A stretch of 50,835 bases of DNA from an uncultured bacterium (GTDB lineage Bacteria; Krumholzibacteriota; Krumholzibacteriia; WVZY01; JAKEHA01). A model generated the notes under the pieces. That model did not search any database and was not told the origin of the DNA. It was given only the letters and a program-made list of their open reading frames with translations. The stretch lies in contig CBDVBX010000001.1 of NCBI GenBank assembly GCA_965372335.1, positions 1 to 50,835 on the forward strand. The letters run 5' to 3'. Within the stretch, counting starts at the first letter, position 1. Each line of letters opens with the position of its first letter. Of the stretch, positions 9,045 through 17,638 are shown one piece after another. The position numbers and the translations under genes were made by a program.

Positions 9045-10510
9045 GCGAGATCGTCGTGAGAATACCATCACCGTTAAGATCGTTTACCGATGGCGCTCCG
9101 ACGCTGCCGGGCAGCGGAGGCACGGTCGGAGAGGTCCTGCGCGACGTCGGCAGCCGCGCGCAGGGGTTGCTGGACAACATACTGGATGACGGCGGCGGTG
9201 TGCGCAGCTTTGTCAATGTGTACGTCGACGATACCAACATCCGTTCGCTCGAAGGGCTTGATTCGCCAGTGTCCGCGGGAACCGTCATTTCGATTATACC
9301 CGCCGTCGCCGGCGGCTTGGCACGGAAGAGTGACCGGCGGCTGGGCGAGTTGAGACAGCGGATTGCCGAACTTACGCCCCATCAGGCGTACACGATGAGC
9401 GGTAACGGCTGCGTGTTGATCGATATTCGCGAACCGGACGAGGTAACCGCCGGAAGCCCCCCCGGTGCAACGCGCATCGTGCGCGGGTTTCTCGAGCTGC
9501 AGATCGAGGACGTGGTGCGGGACGCCGCCACACCCGTCGCCCTTTTGTGCGCTGGCGGCCACCGTTCGCTTTTTGCTGCCGACGACCTCAGGCGGCTGGG
9601 TTTCGACGAAGTCTATTCGATCACGGGCGGTTTCGCTCGCTGGAAGAATGACGGCCTGCCGATAGAAATGCCGCGGACACTGAACGACCGCGCGCGAGAA
9701 AGATACAGCCGGCACCTTGTGATACCGGAGGTGGGAGAGGCAGGACAGCTCAAATTGCTATCGAGCAGCGTCCTGCTGGTGGGCGCCGGCGGCCTCGGCT
9801 CACCCGCGGCGTTCTACCTCGCCGCGGCCGGCGTCGGCACGATCGGTATCGTCGACGACGACGTGGTCGACCGTTCGAACCTTCAGCGGCAAATTCTCCA
9901 CACTGACGACCGTGTCGGAACGTCGAAGGTGGCGTCAGCCAGAGACACATTGCTTGCGCTCAACCCCGACGTCGACGTCCGGATCTACGAAACCCGGCTG
10001 GATCGCCACAACGTAGAAGACATTTTCACAGGTTACGACCTGGTGATCGACGGGACCGACAACTTCCAGACGCGATACCTCGTCAACGACGCTTGCGTCA
10101 AGCTACGGCTGCCAAACGTTCACGGCAGCATCTTCCGTTTCGAAGGACAGGTATCAGTGTTCTGGCCCGGACACCCGGAGACTCCGGGCCCGTGTTATCG
10201 CTGCCTGTATCCAGAGCCCCCCCCGCCCGAATTGGCACCGTCGTGTGCCCAGGCGGGAGTACTCGGCGTGTTGCCCGGCGTTATCGGTACGTTGGAGGCG
10301 GTCGAAGCAATCAAACTGCTCCTCGGCCGGGGCACCCCACTGATCGGCAAGTTGCTGCATTACGACGCGCTCGCCTCACGTTTCAGCACGCTTCGCGTTG
10401 AGCGCGACCCGCGCTGTCGTTACTGCGGCGATGGTCAGGAGGAATTCCCCGGTTACGTCGACTACGACCAGTTCTGCTCGGGCACCACGCCGGCCAGGAG
10501 ATCGGCATGA
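9041..10510 (+). CDS. Fusion protein: CysO/MoaD-type ubiquitin-like sulfur carrier (ends at an internal ...AVAGG), a rhodanese domain, and a MoeB/ThiF/MoeZ E1-like adenylyltransferase
   Basis: I chose the ATG at 9041. It is in frame with track ORF 8933, and the 36 upstream codons are Arg-rich and overlap mec. aa 1-93 (MSEIVVRIPSPLRSF...VNVYVDDTNIR...ISIIPAVAGG) resembles M. tuberculosis CysO, including the terminal AVAGG. The rhodanese loop is CAGGHRS. The E1 part has VGAGGLGSPAAFYLAAAGVG, DRSNLQRQ and Zn-type CYRC...CRYC pairs. Confidence 0.85.
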   Translation: MSEIVVRIPSPLRSFTDGAPTLPGSGGTVGEVLRDVGSRAQGLLDNILDDGGGVRSFVNVYVDDTNIRSLEGLDSPVSAGTVISIIPAVAGGLARKSDRRLGELRQRIAELTPHQAYTMSGNGCVLIDIREPDEVTAGSPPGATRIVRGFLELQIEDVVRDAATPVALLCAGGHRSLFAADDLRRLGFDEVYSITGGFARWKNDGLPIEMPRTLNDRARERYSRHLVIPEVGEAGQLKLLSSSVLLVGAGGLGSPAAFYLAAAGVGTIGIVDDDVVDRSNLQRQILHTDDRVGTSKVASARDTLLALNPDVDVRIYETRLDRHNVEDIFTGYDLVIDGTDNFQTRYLVNDACVKLRLPNVHGSIFRFEGQVSVFWPGHPETPGPCYRCLYPEPPPPELAPSCAQAGVLGVLPGVIGTLEAVEAIKLLLGRGTPLIGKLLHYDALASRFSTLRVERDPRCRYCGDGQEEFPGYVDYDQFCSGTTPARRSA

Positions 10511-11475
10511 CGTCGCGACGCGAGCAACTGCCATCGTTGGTCGACGCCGTGGGCAACACACCGCTCATTGAACTTTCCTTTCTCGAGGGCGTGCCCAAAC
10601 ATACCCGGCTGTACGCCAAGTTGGAGACGGCCAATCCCAACGGTTCTCTCAAGGACCGTCCAGTCGCCCGCATGATTACAAACGCGATCGCCGCCGGCCA
10701 TCTCGACGACGGCCGGCGGCTTTTGGACAGCACCTCGGGTAACGCCGGTATCGCCTACGCCGCTTTTGGGGCCGCGTTGGGCGTCGGCGTCACGCTGGTC
10801 GTTCCCGGAAACGCCAGCCGTGAACGCATCGATCGCATTCGCGCCCACAACGCAGAGGTCATCTTAACCGACCCGATTGAAGGCTACGACTTCGCAATTC
10901 AGGAAGCGCACCGGTTGGCGGATCTCGAACCGACGCGGTACTGGTATTGTAATCAGTACGACAACCCGGATAATTGGCAAGCCCACTACCGTGGAACCGG
11001 GCAGGAGATTATCGAGCAGTTGGAGAAAAACTCAGTCGACCCGCCGGATGCGTTCGTGTGTGGAGTCGGAACCGGCGGCAGCATCACCGGGGTCGGCCGG
11101 CTGCTCCGCGAGGCGAACCCAGACACAACAATCATTGCCGTGATACCCGAAACTTTTCCTGGTATCGAGGGTCTCAAACCGCTTGGCCACCCGGGCGATT
11201 TCGTTCCCGGTATACTTGACCACTCGTTGTTGGGTGAATCGATGATCGTCACGATCGAGGAGTCGTTGCAGTGGTGCGAGCGGCTGGCGCGCGAAGGTAT
11301 TTTTGTCGGCCCATCATCGGGGGCTTACGTTCATGCGGCCGTCACGGTGGCGGCGACCGGGCGGCATCGTCGCATTGTCACGATTCTGTGCGATACCGGA
11401 GATCGTTATTTCTCGACCGGGATGTGGTCGAATAGAAGCATCGAAATGACATCGGAAAAACGGCGAACAGGATGA
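10507..11475 (+). CDS. cysM: PLP-dependent cysteine synthase, CysM/CysK family (probably the CysO-thiocarboxylate-dependent type)
   Basis: 322 aa. NPNGSLKDRP carries the PLP lysine. STSGNAGIA and GVGTGGSITG are also present. ATGA overlap with the preceding E1 fusion gene. Confidence 0.85.
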   Translation: MTSRREQLPSLVDAVGNTPLIELSFLEGVPKHTRLYAKLETANPNGSLKDRPVARMITNAIAAGHLDDGRRLLDSTSGNAGIAYAAFGAALGVGVTLVVPGNASRERIDRIRAHNAEVILTDPIEGYDFAIQEAHRLADLEPTRYWYCNQYDNPDNWQAHYRGTGQEIIEQLEKNSVDPPDAFVCGVGTGGSITGVGRLLREANPDTTIIAVIPETFPGIEGLKPLGHPGDFVPGILDHSLLGESMIVTIEESLQWCERLAREGIFVGPSSGAYVHAAVTVAATGRHRRIVTILCDTGDRYFSTGMWSNRSIEMTSEKRRTG

Positions 11476-11523
11476 TCGCCGAAAACACAAACACGAGCGA
11501 TTGTCACCCGTACCGCACGCGGA

Positions 11524-12168
11524 TTAGTTATCGCCGTCTCGGAACTCGATGTGCCAGTGGGTGCCGTCGCAGAAAGGCTTGTTCTTCGAACCGCCGCACC
11601 GGCACAGGGTGAAATGCTCTGTCGATGCGCCTTCGCCGCGTTCGGTGTCGACGAGCTCAGGACCACCGGTGACGACATACGGCCCGTCCTTCGACACGAA
11701 GATACCCGGTTCGCGGTCCTGGTCGCGGTGCTCGGTTCCGCCAATGGAGTGGCTGAGCGCTCCGGATGGACATCTTTTGACCGTCGCCAGCAGTTCTTCT
11801 TTGGATGCAGAGTCGGGGTGGATCCAGGGTTCTTCCTTCATCCGGAAAACCGCCGGTAGGCCGTCGGTACAGCGGCCGGCGTGTGCGCAGATGCCGCGGT
11901 TGTCGTGGACCGTGACCTGCTCGCCTTGGTAGCTGTCCCTCTTGTCGAGGCGGCCGTCGGTTATCTTCTCACTGTTGAATCCGTTCTTGGCGTGGGTCCC
12001 GTCACAGAACGGCTTGTTGGCCGATCCCCCGCAGCGGCAAAGGGCAATCTTCGGTTTGGTCTCGAGAGAACTGCCTATCGAGTTGGACAGGTTCTCTAGA
12101 TCGTTGACGAGGTAGGGACCGTTTTCAGAGGGGGTAATAGAATGCTTTTTCTTGTCGCTGGAACTCAT
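11524..12168 (-). CDS. CDGSH-type iron-sulfur protein with two CDGSH domains flanking a ferredoxin-like Cys cluster
   Basis: CRCGGSANKPFCDGTH and CRCGGSKNKPFCDGTH are two C-x-C-x2-S-x3-P-x-CDG(S/T)H motifs. Between them lies ICAHAGRCTDG...KRCPSGA. Confidence 0.85.
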   Translation of the reverse strand: MSSSDKKKHSITPSENGPYLVNDLENLSNSIGSSLETKPKIALCRCGGSANKPFCDGTHAKNGFNSEKITDGRLDKRDSYQGEQVTVHDNRGICAHAGRCTDGLPAVFRMKEEPWIHPDSASKEELLATVKRCPSGALSHSIGGTEHRDQDREPGIFVSKDGPYVVTGGPELVDTERGEGASTEHFTLCRCGGSKNKPFCDGTHWHIEFRDGDN

Positions 12169-12505
12169 CTTGGACGCCTCCGTTGGATTAGGGTTTAGGA
12201 TAGTCTAACATCCCCCCCCGGCTCACGGAAACCAAATCTTCTGTGTTGTTCGTCTGTCAACTCAACTTCAGGATGTTCCGCCCACCGGGACAGACATGCG
12301 TAGGCTCGAGAAAACGCACCGGACGGTCCGCCTACTGGTTACGTTAGAAGTCGACAACATTACCGATGAGTTGTATTATCAACACCTGTCTTATCTCCGA
12401 AATCCGTTTGCGTCCGGCAGTTCGGTGTGGGAACCGGGAATAACGGTGACGCTGGGCGTCCGCGTGACGATCTAACGTCCTCGAAACCAACTGCGAGGGA
12501 GTACG

Positions 12506-13042
12506 ATGAACCAGGAAGTATTGAAACTTTGGCCCGAACTGGAATGGATTCAGGACGAAGATTTGCGCGAAGCAACCGCCAAGACATGGCAGCTGGCGCT
12601 TGAACGCAGCCCATTGAATGCCGAGGACCTGGATTCGATCCCCTTCACGCTGCTGGTGCCCGACCTGAAGGTCAGCTTCATGGCGCATAAAAGGTGCGTG
12701 GTGCACGTGGCCCGCGACGCTGCCGAGAAGATGAACCAGTTTTTCGGAGACGACCTTCCCGTGGACATGGACGTCACTATCGCCGGCGCTATTCTCGCCG
12801 ATGTCGGCAAGCTGCTCGAGTACGACATCCAGGACGGCAAGTCTTGCAAGAGCGAAATGGGTAAGTACGTGCGACACCCGTTTAGCGGTGTCGGACTGGC
12901 GATGGAGGCAGGTGTGCCGCCGCAGGTGTGCCACATTATTGCCGCCCATGCCGGTGAGGGCGACATGGTCAAGCGTTCGACCGAGGCATACGTCGTGCAT
13001 CACGCGGACTTCATGACCTTCCTGCCGTTCAAGAACCGCTAG
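12506..13042 (+). CDS. HD-domain (metal-dependent phosphohydrolase-like) protein
   Basis: 178 aa with GAGGGAG before the ATG. Contains H...H(V)ARD, ILADVGK, RHPFSG and AAHAGEGD, which fits an HD/HDIG-type fold. The assignment is from memory only. Confidence 0.55.
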   Translation: MNQEVLKLWPELEWIQDEDLREATAKTWQLALERSPLNAEDLDSIPFTLLVPDLKVSFMAHKRCVVHVARDAAEKMNQFFGDDLPVDMDVTIAGAILADVGKLLEYDIQDGKSCKSEMGKYVRHPFSGVGLAMEAGVPPQVCHIIAAHAGEGDMVKRSTEAYVVHHADFMTFLPFKNR

Positions 13043-13090
13043 TTTTCGAGCGAGAGATAAACCCGGGTACATTGGGCAACTGAAAACACC

Positions 13091-14359
13091 TTACGTCGCG
13101 GCTTGCGGGGCGTCGGCGTCGCCCGGGCGTGTGCGCGGCTCCGGCCCGGCAGGCGGCGGAGAGGCGGCGTCCGAGCGGACGTCGTCCCACGGCGGAAGGA
13201 CCTTGAACAGAACGTAGAGGATCAAAAACGGCAGGAGCATCAACGCGAGAGACACGAGCAACCCTTCGATACCAAAGAAGCTCATCTTGTAGACGGTAAG
13301 CCCCCGGAAGCTCTTGGAGAACAGTTGGCCTCCGACCACCACGTTCCAGCGTGTTGTGAAGATTCCCATCTGGACCAGCAGCGCCGCCACGAAGTAGACC
13401 AGCTTCCTGACTTCCGCTGGGGATTTGAATATCTTGACCGCGGATATCGCAAACAGCGGCACAATCATCCCCAACAACAGTTGAATGACGACCAAGCTCA
13501 CAAACAGCTTGCTCGCCACGAGTTCCGATATGATTTTTATGGACTCCTCGGATTCATAAACGCGGTGGATGAAGTCGAGCGCCTCCAACGAGAAGTCGAC
13601 GATCATGACATAGAACAAAAAGCTCGCAAGTTTGTTGAGGCACAACATGTCAATCGTCTTACCGCGCAGGGGCGTCACTATCATATAGATGAGCAGCACC
13701 ATGGCGACTCCCGACACGATCGCCGAAAACAGAAACACGATCGGCATCAGCACGCTCGACCACCACGGGTTCGCCTTGACAGAACCGAATATAAACCCGA
13801 CATACCCGTGCAACAGAAACGCCGACGGGATACCGACGATAGTAATGAGCTTGAGCGCTTTGCGGTCGAACGCCAGTGAGCGTTCGGAAATATCGTTTGA
13901 GAAAAGCGACATGAGCCGGCGCAGCCACTTCATCGGCCCACGGTCCCGTCGAGCCCACACGATCAGGTCCTTGCGGTAGTCGAACCAGACCTCCAGCAAC
14001 AGCACTGCCATGAGGTACCACGCGTACACGAAACCGAACATGGCCATGGCAGAACTGGTGTTTGGGGTGAGGAAGATCTCGAACGACCTCTCTGGATGCC
14101 CCAGATGCGCGAGCAGCGGCAGAGGCGCGACCAGCAAAAACGCCAGCGCCGTCAGCAGTGACATCCGATAGGTCGGCTGCAGCTCCTTGACGTTGAACAC
14201 CTTTACCAGGGACGCGAGGATGAACGCTCCCGCGACGAGGCCCGTTAGGTACGGATATATCACTACGAGGAGGCCCCAATGGAGCTCGATCTCGTTGGGG
14301 TAGATGTACCCGGATATCTTGTCCAGCAGTGGCTTCAGATGCTCGACGATCTCTTCCAA
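13091..14359 (-). CDS. NrfD/PsrC-family integral membrane quinone-interacting subunit
   Basis: About 10 predicted TM helices, with the HPERSFEIF motif region typical of the NrfD family. I favour the TTG start at 14359 (GGAGG about 10 nt upstream, immediately after the Fe-S gene stop). The track ORF starts at 14431, but those extra 24 codons overlap the Fe-S gene. Confidence 0.8.
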   Translation of the reverse strand: MEEIVEHLKPLLDKISGYIYPNEIELHWGLLVVIYPYLTGLVAGAFILASLVKVFNVKELQPTYRMSLLTALAFLLVAPLPLLAHLGHPERSFEIFLTPNTSSAMAMFGFVYAWYLMAVLLLEVWFDYRKDLIVWARRDRGPMKWLRRLMSLFSNDISERSLAFDRKALKLITIVGIPSAFLLHGYVGFIFGSVKANPWWSSVLMPIVFLFSAIVSGVAMVLLIYMIVTPLRGKTIDMLCLNKLASFLFYVMIVDFSLEALDFIHRVYESEESIKIISELVASKLFVSLVVIQLLLGMIVPLFAISAVKIFKSPAEVRKLVYFVAALLVQMGIFTTRWNVVVGGQLFSKSFRGLTVYKMSFFGIEGLLVSLALMLLPFLILYVLFKVLPPWDDVRSDAASPPPAGPEPRTRPGDADAPQAAT

Positions 14360-14360
14360 A

Positions 14361-15170
14361 TTAATTGACCTCCATGTCGAGGTGCGCGTAGATGACTTTG
14401 GGTTCGGTGTTGTGAGCCGGCTTGAGCACACCGATCCGATTCATGCGCTTGAACCTCGCTAGCGGGCTGGCCTTTTTCTCCATATCCCCGAACACCCGTG
14501 CCTGCGTGGGGCACACCTCGACGCAGGCAGGCTTGAGGCCCTTCACCAGGCGGTGATAACAGAAGGTGCACTTCTCGGCGGTGTGAGTCTCGGGGTGCAG
14601 AAAGCGAGCGCCGTACGGACACGCCTGGATGCAGTACCGGCAGCCGATACAGTAGTCGGCATCGACCAGGATAACGCCGTCGGGCGACTTGAACGTCGCA
14701 CCTACCGGACACACCTGTACGCAGGGCGGGTTGTCACACTGGTTGCAAAGTTTGGGAACAAAGAAGGACCTGACGATTTCCCGTTCGCGCGGCTCGTAGT
14801 TGAAGCTGTCGATGGCGCCGTTGGGGCTGTCCACGATCGTCTGGCCGTCGACCATGACGCGGTAGCGCTCCACCCATGTGCGGAAGAAGAACGGTTCGCG
14901 CGGAACGTTGTTTTCGTTTTTACACGCCTCGACGCACCGCCCGCAGCCGATGCACTTGCTGATGTCGATCCCCATCCCGTAGTAGTGCTCGCTGGGTTTG
15001 TAGTCCCCGATGATCAAATCGAGGATCTTTTCCTGCTTGTCCTTGGCGAACAGATAGCCGGGCAACAGAAGCGATGCGAAGGCCAGCGTCAAGTTTTGTA
15101 GAAAACGGCGCCGACCCGGTTTGTTGTTTTGCTCCTGCTTGCTGATCTTCTTTTCTCCGCCTCCAGACAC
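14361..15170 (-). CDS. Tat-exported 4x[4Fe-4S] ferredoxin subunit (NrfC/PsrB/DsrO/ActB-like)
   Basis: Twin-arginine signal GRRRFLQNLTLAFASLLL. Four Cys clusters: CIGCGRCVEAC, CNQCDNPPCVQVCP, CIGCRYCIQACP and CTFCYHR...CVEVCP. The likely start is GTG at 15170 (GGAGG upstream, 1-nt overlap with the cytochrome gene's stop). The alternative is ATG at 15209. Confidence 0.85.
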   Translation of the reverse strand: MSGGGEKKISKQEQNNKPGRRRFLQNLTLAFASLLLPGYLFAKDKQEKILDLIIGDYKPSEHYYGMGIDISKCIGCGRCVEACKNENNVPREPFFFRTWVERYRVMVDGQTIVDSPNGAIDSFNYEPREREIVRSFFVPKLCNQCDNPPCVQVCPVGATFKSPDGVILVDADYCIGCRYCIQACPYGARFLHPETHTAEKCTFCYHRLVKGLKPACVEVCPTQARVFGDMEKKASPLARFKRMNRIGVLKPAHNTEPKVIYAHLDMEVN

Positions 15171-15961
15171 TAGTGAACCTCCGGTAGGTGTGGATAGTGA
15201 CATTGCCAACAGACGTAACCCTCGCCGTGATCGGCCATGTCGATCTTCTTTATGTCCTCGTCTCCGGGCCCCTCGGGATCGTGGCAGCCGCCGCAGAATT
15301 CCCGATCGGCCGGACGTGTCGGCTTAAACCGCCTTGGGTTGATCTTGTGCTCCTCTGGTGCCTCGTGGCACCGGCCGCACGGCACGTACACGTGGGAGGA
15401 CAGCGCCTTGGTGCGGGCGATAGTCGCGTGGCACGCCTGGCACTCTCCCGGCGTCTCGGGCGGTATGGGATCATGGGCGTCGTGGCACGAGATGCACGGC
15501 TTGATCGGGTTGTGCGACGCGGAGATGATCTGCGGAAACCCGGTCGGCCGGGAGGGCAGGTACTCGTGACACAGCGGACAGTAGCCTCGTTCACGGGGCG
15601 CGCGGAGTTCGACGTCCCCGTCCTCGGCGACGTGTTCCACCGCGGGGCCGTGGCAGACCTCGCACGAGAGGTTCTTATGGTAGCCGCCGGCCTTTGTCTC
15701 GACCACGTCGTCGTGACATTCCACGCACACCTGTTTTCCCGCGTATTTGATCTCCAGCGCTGCTGCATCCGCCAATGCCGACCCTCGATAGTGGCCGTAC
15801 TCGCCAAAGTCGCTGGGCACGACGTACATCCGGAACACGATGAGCGCCGCGATGACGATGACCGCCAAAATGGGCAGGCGGCGCATCTGCTCCGGGACAC
15901 GGGACCAGAACGACCGAGCGGGATCAAGGAAGTCGTCCGTTTTCAATACAGAATCCCCCAC
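15170..15961 (-). CDS. Membrane-anchored octahaem c-type cytochrome
   Basis: One N-terminal TM helix (LPILAVIVIAALIVF). Eight CxxCH motifs: CVECH, CEVCH, CPLCH, CISCH, CQACH, CGRCH, CGGCH and CWQCH. Confidence 0.85.
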   Translation of the reverse strand: MGDSVLKTDDFLDPARSFWSRVPEQMRRLPILAVIVIAALIVFRMYVVPSDFGEYGHYRGSALADAAALEIKYAGKQVCVECHDDVVETKAGGYHKNLSCEVCHGPAVEHVAEDGDVELRAPRERGYCPLCHEYLPSRPTGFPQIISASHNPIKPCISCHDAHDPIPPETPGECQACHATIARTKALSSHVYVPCGRCHEAPEEHKINPRRFKPTRPADREFCGGCHDPEGPGDEDIKKIDMADHGEGYVCWQCHYPHLPEVH

Positions 15962-16273
15962 TGTCTAGCAAATCTTCCGGAATCCAAGGACTCACAAGAA
16001 AAGTGGGTCTATTATTCTGATATATCTGACGTTCGTCAAGCGTAAAATAGCACAAGCAGGTGGGAGATTTGGGGGCTGCCCAAGTTTCCGGGGCGATACC
16101 GACTCCGCCGTGGGACTTACCATTTACTCAGGAAGAATCTTCGCGGTCGGAGACTATACGGATAGCCCGCGAGACGATCATTCTGGACGGTCACATCGAC
16201 GCGAGCTATGCGTCCAGGGCATTTCGGTGAAGCGGGTGACGCTTCGAGCAGAATGCAGTACTCGGCTATCGCG

Positions 16274-17638
16274 TCAAATGACCCCTTGGTCAATCATCGC
16301 GTCCGCGACCCTCATGAAACCCGCAATGTTCGCGCCGCTCACGTAATTACCCGGAGCGCCGAACTCTTCCGCTGCGTTCAAGCAGGCCTCGTGGATGTTC
16401 TTCATGATCACCTTGAGTCGGTTGTCCACCTCCTCGCGCGTCCAGGCAAAACGCATGCTGTTCTGGGCCATCTCGAGACCCGAGACCGCGACACCGCCGG
16501 CGTTGGCCGCCTTCCCCGGAGCGTATAGGATGCGCCGGTCGGTGAACGCATTGATTGCATCCGGCGTTGCGGGCATGTTGGCGCCTTCGCAGACCAACTG
16601 GACGCCGTTCTGCAACAAGTTCTGCGCATCTTTACGGTTGATCTCATTCTGGGTCGCGCACGGGAAAGCACAGTCCGCTTTGCGGGCCCAGAGCGGATTC
16701 TCGTCCCAACCTCCGATTTCCGCGGAGGTAAACTCTGTGTCGGGATACCTTTCTGCGAATTCACGGATACGGCCTCTATGCAAGTTCTTCAAATCCTTCA
16801 GCCACTCCAGCTTTTCACTGTCGACACCATCGGGATCATAGATATAACCGCTCGAATCCGAGAAAGTCACTACCTTCGCCCCGAGATCGATTAGCTTTTC
16901 TATAACAAACTGTGCAACCTTGCCGCTCCCGGAAACCAGGCAGGATTTGCCTTCGAGCGTCTGATCTCGGGTAGCGAGCATTTCCGTGGCGAAGTACGCG
17001 ACACCATAACCGGTTGATTCGAGACGCATGACGGAGCCACCCCAGTTGATACCTTTCCCCGTCAGCGCTCCGGTAAATTCGTTCCGAAGCTTGCGATACT
17101 GACCGAACAGGTAACCGATTTCGCGTCCGCCTACACCGATATCCCCGTCCGGGATGTCCGTATTCGGTCCGACGTGACGATGCAGCTCGTTCATAAAGCT
17201 CTGGCAGAAACGCATGACTTCGAGATCGCTCTTTCCCTTCGGGTCGAAGTCGGACCCTCCCTGCGCCGCACCCATCGGCAACGTTGTAAGACTGTTCTTG
17301 AAGACCTGTTCCAAGGCAAGGGATTTGAGGATGCTCTGGCCGACCGAAGGATGGAAACGAAGACCGCCTTTGTACGGTCCGATGGAACCATTCATTTCGA
17401 CGCGATAACCGCGGTTCACTTGTACACGGTCGGCGTCGTCCAACCAGGCAACGCGAAAAGTGATCGTCCGTTCGGGCTCGATGATCTGCTCCAGGATCTT
17501 TGCCGTCCTGTAATGAGGATAACGCTCCAGGACGGGGCTCAACGACTCGGCCACGTCTTGGACCGCCTGGTGGAATTCCGGTTCAGCGGGATTCTTTGAT
17601 TTTACCTCAGCCAACAGTTTCTGAACATTATAAGTCAT
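16274..17638 (-). CDS. gdhA: NADP-type glutamate dehydrogenase
   Basis: 454 aa. GPYKGGLRFHPSV, GAAQGGSDFDPKGKS and GSGKVAQ are present, and the protein looks like hexameric GdhA over its full length. Its start overlaps the upstream stop as ATGA. Confidence 0.95.
   Translation of the reverse strand: MTYNVQKLLAEVKSKNPAEPEFHQAVQDVAESLSPVLERYPHYRTAKILEQIIEPERTITFRVAWLDDADRVQVNRGYRVEMNGSIGPYKGGLRFHPSVGQSILKSLALEQVFKNSLTTLPMGAAQGGSDFDPKGKSDLEVMRFCQSFMNELHRHVGPNTDIPDGDIGVGGREIGYLFGQYRKLRNEFTGALTGKGINWGGSVMRLESTGYGVAYFATEMLATRDQTLEGKSCLVSGSGKVAQFVIEKLIDLGAKVVTFSDSSGYIYDPDGVDSEKLEWLKDLKNLHRGRIREFAERYPDTEFTSAEIGGWDENPLWARKADCAFPCATQNEINRKDAQNLLQNGVQLVCEGANMPATPDAINAFTDRRILYAPGKAANAGGVAVSGLEMAQNSMRFAWTREEVDNRLKVIMKNIHEACLNAAEEFGAPGNYVSGANIAGFMRVADAMIDQGVI

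Noticed and set aside
16229-16245. Hairpin GAAGCG-N5-CGCTTC about 30 nt downstream of the gdhA stop
   Set aside because: The stem is only 6 bp and no U-tract follows on the minus strand. That is not enough to call an intrinsic terminator.
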